64,000 nucleotides of DNA from Schmidtea polychroa (taxonomy: Eukaryota): assembly GCA_044892525.1 (NCBI GenBank), contig CM097885.1, positions 48,858,001-48,922,000 of the forward strand, written 5' to 3'. How positions within the stretch are numbered: the first letter of the stretch is position 1; every line of letters starts with the position of its first letter. The translations under genes and the position numbers were made by a program. This document shows positions 1 through 15,222 of the stretch, in pieces. Below the pieces are notes generated by a model. The model did no database searches and was not told where the DNA came from. It saw only the letters and a program-made list of their open reading frames with translations.

Positions 1-140
1 AGGAGTCTAACGGAAGCCTTCACAGTCCAAATTATCCGTCAAATTATCCACCGAATAAAAAGTGCATATGGAGAATTATAGCGCCAAAGAAAGCAAAAAT
101 ATTTTTCAATTTTACTGAATTCGATGTCGAAGGAAAAGAA
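1..140 (+). CDS. tolloid/BMP1: Tolloid/BMP1-like metalloprotease, internal exon (N-half of a CUB domain), 5' end outside the window
   Basis: Frame 3 reads ESNGSLHSPNYPSNYPPNKKCIWRIIAP...FTEFDVEGKE (CUB SPNYP/C-W motifs); GT donor at 141, phase 0. Confidence 0.88.
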
Positions 141-1866
141 GTCAGCTTTTAGGAATTTTTAATATATTTTAATAATTCATAAAAAATTTTGAAATAAATA
201 ATTTTTCTATAGCATTACTTTAGTTTTATTCTAAAAGATTTATTGTGAAACCCAAAATGACTTCTTTAAACTGTCAACATATTATAAAAATTTAATGCTT
301 CAAGCTATCAAATAACTTATTTTAAGACATCAACAAAATTACCTTTGATTGTTTTTGTTTTTATATAACATTTAATTTATTTAAATCTGTTATATTGGAA
401 AATAATGAAGAAAAATGAAATGTATAAAGAAAACATCCGAATTCGTCATAGGCATCCAAAACGGAGGTTTCAAGTCGAATTTATACATGTTAAATATTGT
501 AAATATATTTGAAACTATAAATTTCAAATTTCGAAGATTATTATATCACTCGATGTAGAATTTAATAACTGCTCCTTTTTCTTATTACATATAAAATAAT
601 ATTATTATAATTGTATACGAAAAATCATATTAAAAATTAAAACTAATTTTGCTTTTATCAGTAGTATTTGTTGAGTCTCATTTTGTTTGAATGGTTAAAA
701 TATTATTTTATAAATAATACACATAAGGGTGTAAAGTAATTAATTAAACGGAAAAGTAATTAATTTGATGATAAATTTATGGAATTATGTTGTAAATAAA
801 ATTGGTTGGGTTTGGGTTATTGAATGATGAACACTTGCTCAGCAATAATTTATTATAATTAAATTCGGGTTTCAAACTATCTGATAAATTAAATGAAGTT
901 AAAACGTTGAGGACAATACGTATTTTTCCGTTTCTGCTTTGTGGGGCAAAAGTTTTTTAACTTTTAAAACTTGAGTCACATATAAATAACATTGTACAAC
1001 ACTTAAAAAAATATTTTATTATTGTTTTTATATGTGTTGAATATTTTCTAAAATAATGGATAATAATCACAAAAAATCCATGTAAAAGTCAAAAGTTTTA
1101 AATCCATCGGTCTGAAGGGTCGTCAGTGTTAAATTAGAAACTTTTACATTATTATTTTTGTAATTTATTTTTTTTTTGAAAACAAAATAGTTTCATTAAA
1201 ATATTAAAATCACTATTTTGTACATTTTAATTGATTTACTATTCGAACTAACTTGTTAATCTGTAACAAATTCAGAATTACTTTATCTTATATAAAACCG
1301 AAATATACCATTAAAATTTTAATCCAGTAATTTAATTTTATGACATATATTAGAGTTATTCTCATTATTTCGAGCAATTTTTGTATCCATAATAGAAATA
1401 ACACCTGAAAACAAATGAGTAATTTTTAATGAAGTCAAAAATATATAGAATCACATTTAACAAATAAATTAACACGCCAGTTACCGTTAAATCATAAACT
1501 TAGACAATGTATACATTAACGGTTAATTAATGATTATGATTTACCAGATAATGTATACATTCTTTATTAAAATATAAATGTCATTCTAGTATGACATGTT
1601 GCAATACTGCATACTTTAACAAAAATATAGTGTGCATTTTATTATTATTTTTATTCCATATACATTATCTGATTAATATATACATTGTCTAAGCTTATGC
1701 TTTAACTGTAACACAGGCACATAATCAATAACGGATCAATAAAAATTAAAGTTTACTAAAATCGGTTTAACAATTTTTACTGTTTGTTTTCTGAATATTA
1801 CACCAACTTCATATTCATAATCATATTATTTAATCTTTATAATGGCAAATCTTTATTTTTTACTAG

Positions 1867-2173
1867 AAAGATTGTCAATATGATTATATAAATGTTTATG
1901 ATGGACCAGAAAATAATCAGAAAAAACTTGGAAAGTATTGTGGTAAAAAACCACCTCAGCCTATCACATCAACAACTAATGAGCTGACGATTGCCTTCTT
2001 CTCAGACAGCACAGTGCAAAAGAAAGGATTCAAAATCAATTTTTATACCGATCGAAATGAGTGTGAAGACAAAAACGGAGAATGTGAACATTTCTGTGTG
2101 AATACCATAGGTTCTTATTATTGCCATTGCCGGCCCGGATATCAGCTTCATGGAAAGAAAAATTGTAAAGAAA
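1867..2173 (+). CDS. tolloid/BMP1: Tolloid/BMP1-like exon: CUB C-half plus calcium-binding EGF domain
   Basis: AG at 1865-1866; [13 protein letters not shown]...KYCG...[12 protein letters not shown] then [41 protein letters not shown] at 2174, phase 1. Confidence 0.93.
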
Positions 2174-2520
2174 GTAATACACAAATATCATATTTTTGTT
2201 AAAGTTTAAAGTTAAACTAGTAAATATTCTTTATAAGTTTCAAGCCATAAAATTTTTATTAGATAAAATTATATCTATTTAAAAATTTTCAGTTAAAATC
2301 TTTAACACAAAATCAAGAAGTAAATATATTTATTTATAATAAGAAGGTAAAATAGAGAATTTTTTATTTTTTATTTCATTTTTTTTCCATTTACAACATT
2401 TATTATGGCGGATCGCTTAATTAAGTGAAAATTCTTTGGCTCTTTAAATATTTTGAATGCTATATAAAAATACCAATGAAATTCATTGAAATTATCATGG
2501 TTTTAGAGTTTATGTTTACA

Positions 2521-2544
2521 ATAATAATAATAATAATAATAATT

Positions 2545-2642
<98 letters not shown>

Positions 2643-2660
2643 CATAATAATAATAATAAT
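2521..2660. repeat. Compound (AAT)n/(CTA)n microsatellite
   Basis: Direct reading; similar tracts at 7081-7345, 7882-8031, 21876-22025, 22905-23080, 59898-60085 and 60855-60957. Confidence 0.95.
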
Positions 2661-3051
2661 CAAAATAAAGACCAATAATGAATATTAAGATAAATTTATC
2701 AATAAGAGCATATTTGATAGCAATGTTTTCTTGTCAATGTTAAATAAACAAAAATACTGAAATTAAATTTGGCATTTGCTTAGAATTCATGTCAAATATT
2801 TTCATCCAAAATAAATAATAGTGAAGTTAAATATTAATTGCTTGCTTTCATTCATTCACTGCCGTATTTTTCCAATGATTTATGAATATTGAAATTGCAA
2901 TCAGTTCTGGGTCATTTATATTATAAAAACCGCATATATATATATTTATTTATTTATTACCTTTTTTTCAAATTTCACCACTGATTTCTTTTCCATTGAC
3001 ATTGTATTTACTGATTTATTTTACTGATATATTTACTGATTTAATAAATTC

Positions 3052-3095
<44 letters not shown>

Positions 3096-4626
3096 GTATA
3101 ACGTGATGACCAACAAATTTTTAAATTTTTATTATTATTTAAATAATTAAGTACCACAAAATAGAGAAAAAAATTTAGAATTAGAATCATCTTTAAAAAT
3201 GTACGTAATATCAAAACTTAATTTTTTTTTTGAAATTTTCGAAATCACGTTGCCGAAATTTTACCAACACAGCGACATTTTCATTAATAACTTTTTAAAT
3301 AATAATTATTAGAAACTAATTTTAGCACCACTGGAAAGATAATAAAATTTAGATTATAAATCATCTTTGAACTTTAAAATAATATCAAAATTAAAATTAT
3401 ACTTGGCAAATATTGCAAATACAATACCATGTGTTTTGTATCTAATTAATTTATTAAAAAAATTAAACTTTTCAAATTTAAAATTTTACCAAAAACAATA
3501 AAGTGATAATTTAAGCCTTTTGTTGCAAATAATGTTTTCATTGAATACATTATTTGCAGCAAAAGGCTTAAATTATCACTTATTGTTTTAAATAATAATA
3601 ATAATAATAATCAAAAAAATACCAATTATGAATATTAAGATAAAATTATTAATAAGAGCATTAATATTGCACAGTATAGCTATGAACAATTATTGTATAT
3701 GTAAGCAACTGTTGTTCATAAAAGCAACGTGGGAGTAATTTCAAATGATAACATAATTTAGACCACCCGTGTTATAATGCAAATTTTTACAAAAACATGT
3801 AATGATTTATAATTAATTTTACTTAAACTTGAATAAATGATAAAAATAAATATGAGGCTTCATCAAAGATATGTTAGGTTTAATTTATTATTTTGCCATA
3901 TTGCTTATTTATTACAAATTGTTTCGTTTATTATATATTTTGTTTATACAAATAACATATTTTGTATTTTGTAAGAATCGTTTATTTTAAAATGCAATTT
4001 ATTAATTAAATATATTTCATTAATATAACTTCCATTTCTAGTGAACCTAAAGAACATAACTGTATTATACTGATCACAGTATCGGTAACCTAAAGGTTTG
4101 TGTTAGAAAATCTCATTAACAGATTTCGAAACTAATAAAATTAAGATTATTTAATTTCGAAAATTATTAATTTGTCAAATAAACATAATGTTTTTCATGG
4201 TCCATTTCATTTCATATCAAATATAATATAAACGTTAATTTTTATTGAAACCTTTAAATACGGAAATTTAATGACTTCCCAAGTTCCATCTTTTTAATTT
4301 TTCTTCAGCTATGTTTTCACATCAATTGCCTAATATATTTGATTTTCATTAATTGGATAATAACATTAAGACAACAATAATAAATAAATCATGATGTAAT
4401 TTATATTTTAATAGCAAGTAGATGAAAATTATAAAAAGAACTATTTTTCACACAGAACTCCAAATTCTAGTTTATCACATCTTAGAATCTAAGACTTAGA
4501 TCATTGCCCATTATATTATAGAACATTATAGACCTAAGGCTTTGACCCATATTAGTGAACACAATAAGGGCTGTAAGAGTAAAATAGGTATGTCTGATTT
4601 TAAAATTTTATTAAAAAATTTTCGAT

Positions 4627-5830
4627 AGTAGAGGGATAGCGGCCCACTAAACCAGCGGCCCTCTAGGACAAAGACATACCCCCTCCCCCTCCCCCCGCCA
4701 TTTTAATTTTTTTTCAAGGTCAAATTTTAAACAAAGACATATGACTCATCAAAGTAATTGAAACAAAGACCATGACTCATCCGATGACTCATTCAAGGTC
4801 ATACGACTCATCCGATGACTCATTCAAGGTCATATGACTCATCCTATGACTCATTCAAGGGCATATGACTCATCCGATGACTCATTCAAGGTCATATAAC
4901 TCATCCGATGACTCATTCAAGGACATGTGACTCACCCGATGACTCATCAAGGTCATTGAAACAAAGACCATGACTCATCAAGTTCGTTTTCAAGGTCATA
5001 TGACTCATACTATGACTCATCAAGGTCATATTTTAAGGTCAAGGTCATATTTTTTAAGGTCAAGGTCATATTTTTTTAAAGGTCAATGTCATATTTTTAA
5101 GGTCAAGGTCATATTTAAATTTCCAAAGGTCAAATAAGGTCAAACCTCCACCCAAGGGTATCATTCGAAAGGCATTTGAGTGGTTTATATGATGGTCATA
5201 CCCTTGAAGGTGTTTGGTAGTTCCTCGGCCTTCAAAGGGTACAAAACCTTCGAATATTTTTCCAGCCTTATAATATTTATATCATTCGAAAGGTATTTGA
5301 GAGGTAAGTATGATGATTATACCCTCGAAGGTGTATGGTGGGTCAATAACCTTCAAAGGGTATCAAAAATTATATATTTTTCAAATCATATAATATATAT
5401 ATCATTCAAAAGGACTTTTGATGATGAGTTCGAAGGTCCCAAGGTCGAAGGGTCCAAGGTTCAAAATTTTTAAAACCTTATGATATACATATCAAACAAA
5501 AGGTATTTGAGATGTAAGTATCATGGTCATACTTTCAAAGGTTTATGAATGGTCCTGAATCTTCAAACCTTCAAAGGGTTCAAAACCTTTAAAAATTATA
5601 CATATAGATATATACATGTCAAATAAAAGGTAATACAAAGGTGAGTATGATGGTCATACACTTAAAGGTCAAAGAGTTCAAGGATCTAAGGTTTAAATTT
5701 TTTCAAACCTTATAATATACATATCAAACAAACGGCAATACAAAAGTATTCGTCAATGACTCATTTATTTTTTGAACAAAGACAATGACTCATCATTTTC
5801 AGAACAAATACAATGACGCGCCCATGGGAT
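4627..5830 (+). repeat. Left TIR core of the Polinton-like element
   Basis: Reverse complement of ~23165-24595; contains a C-tract, 31-bp tandem units and AAGGTCA repeats. Confidence 0.92.
4742..5115 (+). promoter_or_regulatory. Array of TGACTCA (AP-1-like) and (TC)AAGGTCA (NR5A/ERR-like) motifs in the TIR
   Basis: 14 exact TGACTCA copies between 4742 and 5020, mostly within six 30-31-bp units ATGACTCATCCGATGACTCATTCAAGGTCAT; regulatory function is inferred only. Confidence 0.45.
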
Positions 5831-6549
5831 TTATTATTATTATATATAGTCCGAGTTTATCCGACAAAATATTTTGTCCCCCTATGGGTATTGCTCGCAA
5901 GGGTACTGCTCACTCTCAACATCTCACAAGGGTATTAATATTATTATTATTATTCTAACATTATTATTACTTTATTATTATTATTTTCAAGGTCATATTA
6001 TTATTTTTCAAAATATAATATTTTCAAGGTCATATTATTATTATTTTTCAAAATATTATTATTTTCAAGGTTATATTATTATTTTTCAAAATATTATTAT
6101 TTTCAAGGTCATATTATTATTTTTCAGAATATTATTATTTTCAAGGTCATATTATTATTTTATTTTTGTTTTAATTATCGATTACGTAATAATTTAATTT
6201 TTGTTTAAATCGTTGATTATATAATAATATTTTTATTTTTGTTTTAATTATCCATTACTTAATAATTTAATTTTGTTTAAATCGTTAATTATATAATAAT
6301 ATTTTTTTGTTTTAATTATCAATTACATAATAATTTATTTTTGTTTAAATCGTTGATTATATAATAATATTGTTTGTTAAAATTATCGATTATATAATAA
6401 TTTAATTTTGTTTAAATCGTTGATAATTTAATTTTTTTTTGTTTTAATTATCGATTACGTAATAATTTAATTTTTCATTATCATTGGGAAAGATATTAAC
6501 GCCCGCGCGTAAGATGTTATTTTCAAAATTATTATTTTCAAAGTTTTAA

Positions 6550-6587
<38 letters not shown>

Positions 6588-6699
6588 ATTTTAAAATTAT
6601 TATTATTGTTACTATTAATATTTTAAAATTATTTTCAAAGTAATATTTTCAAAGTTATTGTGAAAATTCTTCTTCTTCTTCTTCTTCTTATTATTATTA

Positions 6700-6776
<77 letters not shown>

Positions 6777-6789
6777 TTTTTTTTTTTCA

Positions 6790-8420
<1,631 letters not shown>

Positions 8421-8954
8421 TTATTATTATATATACTACTAGTCTATCCGACAAAATATTTTGTCCCTCTATGGGTACTGCTCACACTCAACAGGTTGCA
8501 AGGGTACTAGTCATGCTTATTATTATTGTTATACTATATAATGTTACTTAGACATTTGAAGGTTCAACCATGGTTACGATTTCTACATTTTGAAAACTCT
8601 AATTTGGTTGGCTATCTCAATTTTTATAAATGTAAAAACAAAAGTAATTTAGTTATTAAGAAATTTATTTATTACTGATGATTTCTACAAGTAAAACTGT
8701 TGAATATGAATGTGTAAATCACAAAACACATTTGGTAACTTTATTATTTTGTCAATATTTTTTATATATGTCATTTATAGCAAGGACATCCCACTAGAAA
8801 TAAGGAAAAATTAAGTCCAACCTATTCTGAAGATAAGCGTTCATTAAAATTTTTCAACAACACAGTTGAAGATTTTATAAATAATTATGATACTTACAGT
8901 GATAAGCAAATCATAAATATTTTAAAGATTTTCAAACATTCCTCTATCGAATAT

Positions 8955-9335
8955 TTGATTAATTTATTTAATTATGATAAATGCATTTTGAAGTTATCTA
9001 GTTATTTAATGTATTTAGGAAAAACAGTGGTAAACAACGATTCACTGAATGAATACTTTTGGAGTTGCATATATTTAAGGTTAAAACCGGGATATAGTAG
9101 ATTGATTTATGAATGGATAGCAAAAACCGATTTGATTGAAAATAAGCTAACAGAAAAACTGAACGATGTTAAGAAAAAGTATTTAACTTATTCAATTTAT
9201 AAAGAAAATCAAGTTTCGGTTTTATATTTACCATGTGGTCACGTAATTGTTTGTTCTAAGTGTCACGAGAAGAATGTTCGCAATTGTCAAACCTGTTCAA
9301 TACTGATTAATAAATATCATACTATATACATGTAA
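8955..9335 (+). pseudogene. IAP-type C-terminal RING finger gene, left-arm copy
   Basis: TYSIYKENQVSVLYLPCGHVIVCSKCHEKNVRNCQTCSILINKYHTIYM*: IAP/MDM2-like RING tail with the first two Cys replaced by Tyr; likely original start near 8677, frameshifted. Confidence 0.75.
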
Positions 9336-9535
9336 GTTCTCAATACAAATCAATACAATATCAAAGTCAAATGAATTATTACCATACATAATGACGGTAC
9401 TATAATATAGGAAATTTTCAAACATTGAATAATATGAAATCATCTTTGTAATTAAATATATTGGGCGCAACTACAAAATAGTGATGATATGATGAAGGGA
9501 ATGATATTTATAATATTATTTTTAGATTATTCAAA

Positions 9536-9679
9536 ATGAAATATACCCATGAGTTCATCAAAATGGAAAAAGATCTTCGCAAAAACCATGAAGATGCTGG
9601 AAAAGCAGAAGAAACCCTAACCAATATTTTAAAGTTGCCATTATATGTTGCAGTAGTATTGGTTATTATTGTTTCGTAA
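9536..9679 (+). CDS. Putative 47-aa ORF with a hydrophobic C-terminus (mirror copy at ~14778-14921)
   Basis: MKYTHEFIKMEKDLRKNHEDAGKAEETLTNILKLPLYVAVVLVIIVS*; the stop runs into AATAAA. Confidence 0.3.
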   Translation: MKYTHEFIKMEKDLRKNHEDAGKAEETLTNILKLPLYVAVVLVIIVS

Positions 9680-9910
9680 ATAAATGTTTTAATTTGTTTT
9701 TATAAATTTATTGTTTTATTTTAATACCTTTTGATTAAAACATATTCATTATTAATTCATTTTGTTTTAATATTTGTATTAATTTTTTTTTAAATAGTAT
9801 TATTTATATATATGGAAATTTACAATTATATATACAATTATATATTATATACCATTATATTTACAATTATATTTACAATTATTATAAATCATAATGATGC
9901 TTTTCTTCCC

Positions 9911-12900
9911 TTTTTTTTTACCCTTAATATTCAACCGATTTAATTTCTAGAAATCTAATTAAAATCATAAATTTCCTTCACTGATATCCCCACAATGAAT
10001 AAAATAACTTCTTAAATAAAATAATTTAAAGAAATAACCTTTGATATCAATCCCAATTAATTCTAAAGATTTCAAATATTTCATTGTCAAAACCAAGTAA
10101 ATGGATCATTAACCCTAAAAGACTTAATAAAACAGTGGATCCTTCAAAGTTAAAAATGGGACAAAGTGTGTCAGTATACAACATGCCTACCCAGCATTAA
10201 ATTTACTTAAATAAAAATATATGAAAACACCAAGTAAACAATGATAATAGAGGGATAATAGACCCAAAAATAAAATAACCGAATTAAAAATAAAATAAAA
10301 TACTAGCAAGATGTATCACACGAAAACTTACTCAAATATAACCGAAAGACATAAAACAACAAAAACAAATTCGATTAAATACTTTATAGCAATTGCTAGT
10401 TCTTATAATTTCCTAACTTTAATGAAGATTCTTACCACCTGAGAATAATATTGTTAATTTTATCTCTGTGTTATTAAAATTATCTTTCGACTTTACGCTT
10501 ACTAATTATTATCACTTATATCCTCCCCACAAATATTTTTTTAAATTGTATTAAATATATTTTATTAAAGTGATCATTTTTATGAATTTTTATGAAATTG
10601 ATGAATATTATAACTGATTCAATTTGATGGAGTTATTGTTAATTCGTTTTATTATATATACTCTGAGTTTATCCGACAAGATATTTTCTCCCTCTATGGG
10701 TACTGCTCGTAAGGGTACTGGTCGTAAAGGCACTGATGTGTTTTAATGATTTCATTTAGGCAAATTTTTGGTTATTATTTGACATTAAATTCATTGGTAA
10801 TTTTTTAGAGTTAGCGGGATTTTACTAACATTATTACTAACATTTTTTGTGAATAATTGGAAGAATATTTAAAAATTTCAGGTTTTAGTGTTAATTCTAA
10901 GACAAATTTAATTAATTTCTTGTTAATTTGCTATATTTCATTGACTTATTTTTAAATTTAATTTTAAATAAAAATTATTTTTAATGACAGTTAGGTTAAT
11001 AATTAGAGTTTTTACAATAATCAAGTGATTATTATTTAATTTTTATGATGACTTTGTAATGATATTGAATTTGACTAAATAATTTGTTCATATATTTTCT
11101 AAGAATATTGATGAACTTTTAAATATTGAAAATCTAAAGTTGAAACCAGCTAATTTTATCATCATGATATATTTGAAATCTACTTGAAAATTATTGTAAA
11201 ATCTACTGAAATTTGTGATTTTGAAAGATATATCACGTTATAATTGCTATAAAATTTGCTGAATCGATGAAGAATTATGATTAATCAATATATTTCATCT
11301 CTAGTTAGGTATTTGATGGTAAATGTGGTGAAATATTTGTAGAAAATATTGATTTTAGTGAATTTTGATCTTTTAGTGGGCTCTTACTATATGAATTTAG
11401 ATAATAAATTATTTCAATGGAAGAATGTTTGAAGTCTGTAACAATTAAATAAAATTCATATTTTGAAGAATTTTGTATGAATTTTAAGAGAATTGATATA
11501 TTAAAGGGCTGATATATTAAAGTCGGTTGGATTTAGTGAAGGTTCAGTTAAGATGGTAATATATGATTTTTAAGGGGGTATTTAAAGGGGTAGAAATATT
11601 TGGTGAGGGATTGGTTAAGGTGAAAATGTTTGAAATCTCTATTTAAATCGACAATGTTTTTATTGGTAAAATATCAAATTTTAAAGGGAAATAGTCAGTA
11701 TTTAGCTATGAATTAATAATAGTTCCTGTGAAATTATATCGTTTTAGAGGTTTATTAGGCTGTGATGAATGTCATTGCACAGTAATTTAGATTTTTTGTT
11801 TTAGAACCAGTTTTTTATTAATTATCCACTGTTTTATTAAGTCTTTTAGGGTTAATGATCCATTTACTTGGTTTTGACAATGAAATATTTGAAATCTTTA
11901 GAATTAATTGGGATTGATATCAAAGGTTATTTCTTTAAATTATTTTATTTAAGGAGTTATTTTATTCATTGTGGGGATATCAGTGAAGGAATATATCATG
12001 ATGATAAAATTAGCTGGTTTCAACTTTAGATTTTCAATATTTAAAAGTTCATCAATATTCTTAGAAAATATATGAACAAATTATTTAGTCAAATTCAATA
12101 TCATTACAAAGTCATCATAAAAATTAAATAATAATCACTTGATTATTGTAAAAACTCTAATTATTAACCTAACTGTCATTAAAAATAATTTTTATTTAAA
12201 ATTAAATTTAAAAATAAGTCAATGAAATATAGCAAATTAACAAGAAATTAATTAAATTTGTCTTAGAATTAACACTAAAACCTGAAATTTTTAAATATTC
12301 TTCCAATTATTCACAAAAAATGTTAGTAATAATGTTAGTAAAATCCCGCTAACTCTAAAAAATTACCTATGAATTTAATGTCAAATAATAACCAAAAATT
12401 TGCCTAAATGAAATCATTAAAACACATCAGTGCCTTTACGACCAGTACCCTTACGAGCAGTACCCATAGAGGGAGAAAATATCTTGTCGGATAAACTCAG
12501 AGTATATATAATAAAACGAATTAACAATAACTCCATCAAATTGAATCAGTTATAATATTCATCAATTTCATAAAAATTCATAAAAATGATCACTTTAATA
12601 AAATATATTTAATACAATTTAAAAAATATTTGTGGGGAGGATATAAGTGATAATAATTAGTAAGCGTAAAGTCGAAAGATAATTTTAATAACACAGAGAT
12701 AAAATTAACAATATTATTCTCAGGTGGTAAGAATCTTCATTAAAGTTAGGAAATTATAAGAACTAGCAATTGCTATAAAGTATTTAATCGAATTTGTTTT
12801 TGTTGTTTTATGTCTTTCGGTTATATTTGAGTAAGTTTTCGTGTGATACATCTTGCTAGTATTTTATTTTATTTTTAATTCGGTTATTTTATTTTTGGGT

Positions 12901-13252
12901 CTATTATCCCTCTATTATCATTGTTTACTTGGTGTTTTCATATATTTTTATTTAAGTAAATTTAATGCTGGGTAGGCATGTTGTATACTGACACACTTTG
13001 TCCCATTTTTAACTTTGAAGGATCCACTGTTTTATTAAGTCTTTTAGGGTTAATGATCCATTTACTTGGTTTTGACAATGAAATATTTGAAATCTTTAGA
13101 ATTAATTGGGATTGATATCAAAGGTTATTTCTTTAAATTATTTTATTTAAGAAGTTATTTTATTCATTGTGGGGATATCAGTGAAGGAAATTTATGATTT
13201 TAATTAGATTTCTAGAAATTAAATCGGTTGAATATTAAGGGTAAAAAAAAAA
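9911..13252. repeat. Inner near-perfect inverted repeat (~1.26-kb arms, ~0.8-kb spacer)
   Basis: 9911-11172 is the reverse complement of 11990-13252 with very few differences seen. Confidence 0.92.
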
Positions 13253-15222
13253 TCTATTGAAGGAATATTGTTATCGGATGGATAAATCTTTCAATTATAT
13301 TTTGCTAAATTACCTTTGCTAAATATTATTTTAAAGGACTAAAAATGAGAAAATTAAGCAATTTTCATAAATTGATTGCATAAAATATATATGTTTTGGT
13401 AAAAGTTACTCAAACATCTTAACCTATACGACCATGTATTTCTCACAAAGATATATTACACCCAATGATCATCTCAATTGTAACCCTATATTTCTAACTA
13501 ATAAGCACTTTAATTGGTCAAATGATAACCAAATGATCATGTTTCTATTATGACTCCTTTTTGCCTCGAACAAAGATAGAAATTTACTCCAAATGATAAA
13601 GAGTTTCTACCAAAATTATCAATAAATATATTAATGACCATGCATTTCTCACGAAGTTATATAAATTATTGTAATGAACACTAGATGAATAAATTATCTA
13701 TGAAATGCTAAATATTCATATCTTACCTTTTGCTAAATATTATTTTAAATAACTAAACATGACAAAGTTAACCAAAATATTAGTCGCTCGAAATAAGAAT
13801 TCGGTAAGTTACATTCAAATTATTCATGAATTTCTGATATCTATGATCATCCATTTCTCACTAAATTACCTAAGAATTTTTAACTAATATACATATGCCT
13901 TAATTAATATACCCTTGCGACATGTGACCAGTACCCTTTCGACAAATAAACATAGGGGGACAAAATATTTTGTCGGATAAATTCAGACTATATATAGATA
14001 CTTACAAAATGCTATGGTTTTTATTGATTAATTTGTTGTATATTGCATTGATACATCAAAATGTCAGATAATATTTATAAATTAACTAAAAAATACTATA
14101 TTACCTAAGAATTCAGTTATGTTTCTAGTTAAATAATTGAAATAATTGGTATATGTATCAACTATATCAAAATATTTGTTATGAATCCTAGAATATTTTA
14201 ATTAAATGGTACAGCCAAAAACCAGGGATTTCTAACTAAATGGTAAATTTATCTGGAAATATTTTACTTAAGAAATCGCTATATTTAAAATAACCTTTCA
14301 CTAAATTGTCTAAAAATTTGCTATATGGTATTGTTAAATAAAATAATCATAATAATAATAAATAATAATATTATGTCAGGGCATGAAAAAATAATATAAT
14401 TGTATGACTAATAAATTTGCAATACAAGAGCATAATTAACAAAGACTTTGCAATAAATGGGCATGATTAACAAAGACACTAGAAATATTATCTTTGCATT
14501 TTGTCGAAGATGATTATGGCAGTAATATCAGAGGAGAATCAATGGACAGAAGAAAAGCATCATTATGATTTATAATAATTGTAAATATAATTGTAAATAT
14601 AATGGTATATAATATATAATTGTATATATAATTGTAAATTTCCATATATATAAATAATACTATTTAAAAAAAAATTAATACAAATATTAAAACAAAATGA
14701 ATTAATAATGAATATGTTTTAATCAAAAGGTATTAAAATAAAACAATAAATTTATAAAAACAAATTAAAACATTTATTTACGAAACAATAATGACCAATA
14801 CTACTGCAACATATAATGGCAACTTTAAAATATTGGTTAGGGTTTCTTCTGCTTTTCCAGCATCTTCATGGTTTTTGCGAAGATCTTTTTCCATTTTGAT
14901 GAACTCATGGGTATATTTCATTCTGAATAATCTAAAAATAATATTATAAATACCAAACCATCCATCATATCATCAACATTTGGTAGTTGCGCCCAATATA
15001 TTTAATTACCAAGATGATTTCATATTATTCAATGTTTGAAAATTTTCTACATTATAGTACCGTCATTATGTATGGTAATAATTCATTTGACTTTGATATT
15101 GTATTGAGAACTTACATGTATATATTATGATATTTATTAATCAGTGTTGAACAGGCTTGACAATTGTGAACATTCTTCTCGTGACACTTAGAACAAACAA
15201 TTACGTGACAAGTATTGAGAAC

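Noticed and set aside
4772..4956. 31-bp repeats as a CRISPR-like array
   Set aside because: The units are head-to-tail with no unique spacers, there are no cas genes, and the context is eukaryotic.
5180..5473. ORFs within the TIRs (also 23702-24114)
   Set aside because: They derive from degenerate internal repeats, have no recognisable motif, and the frame is not preserved between TIRs.
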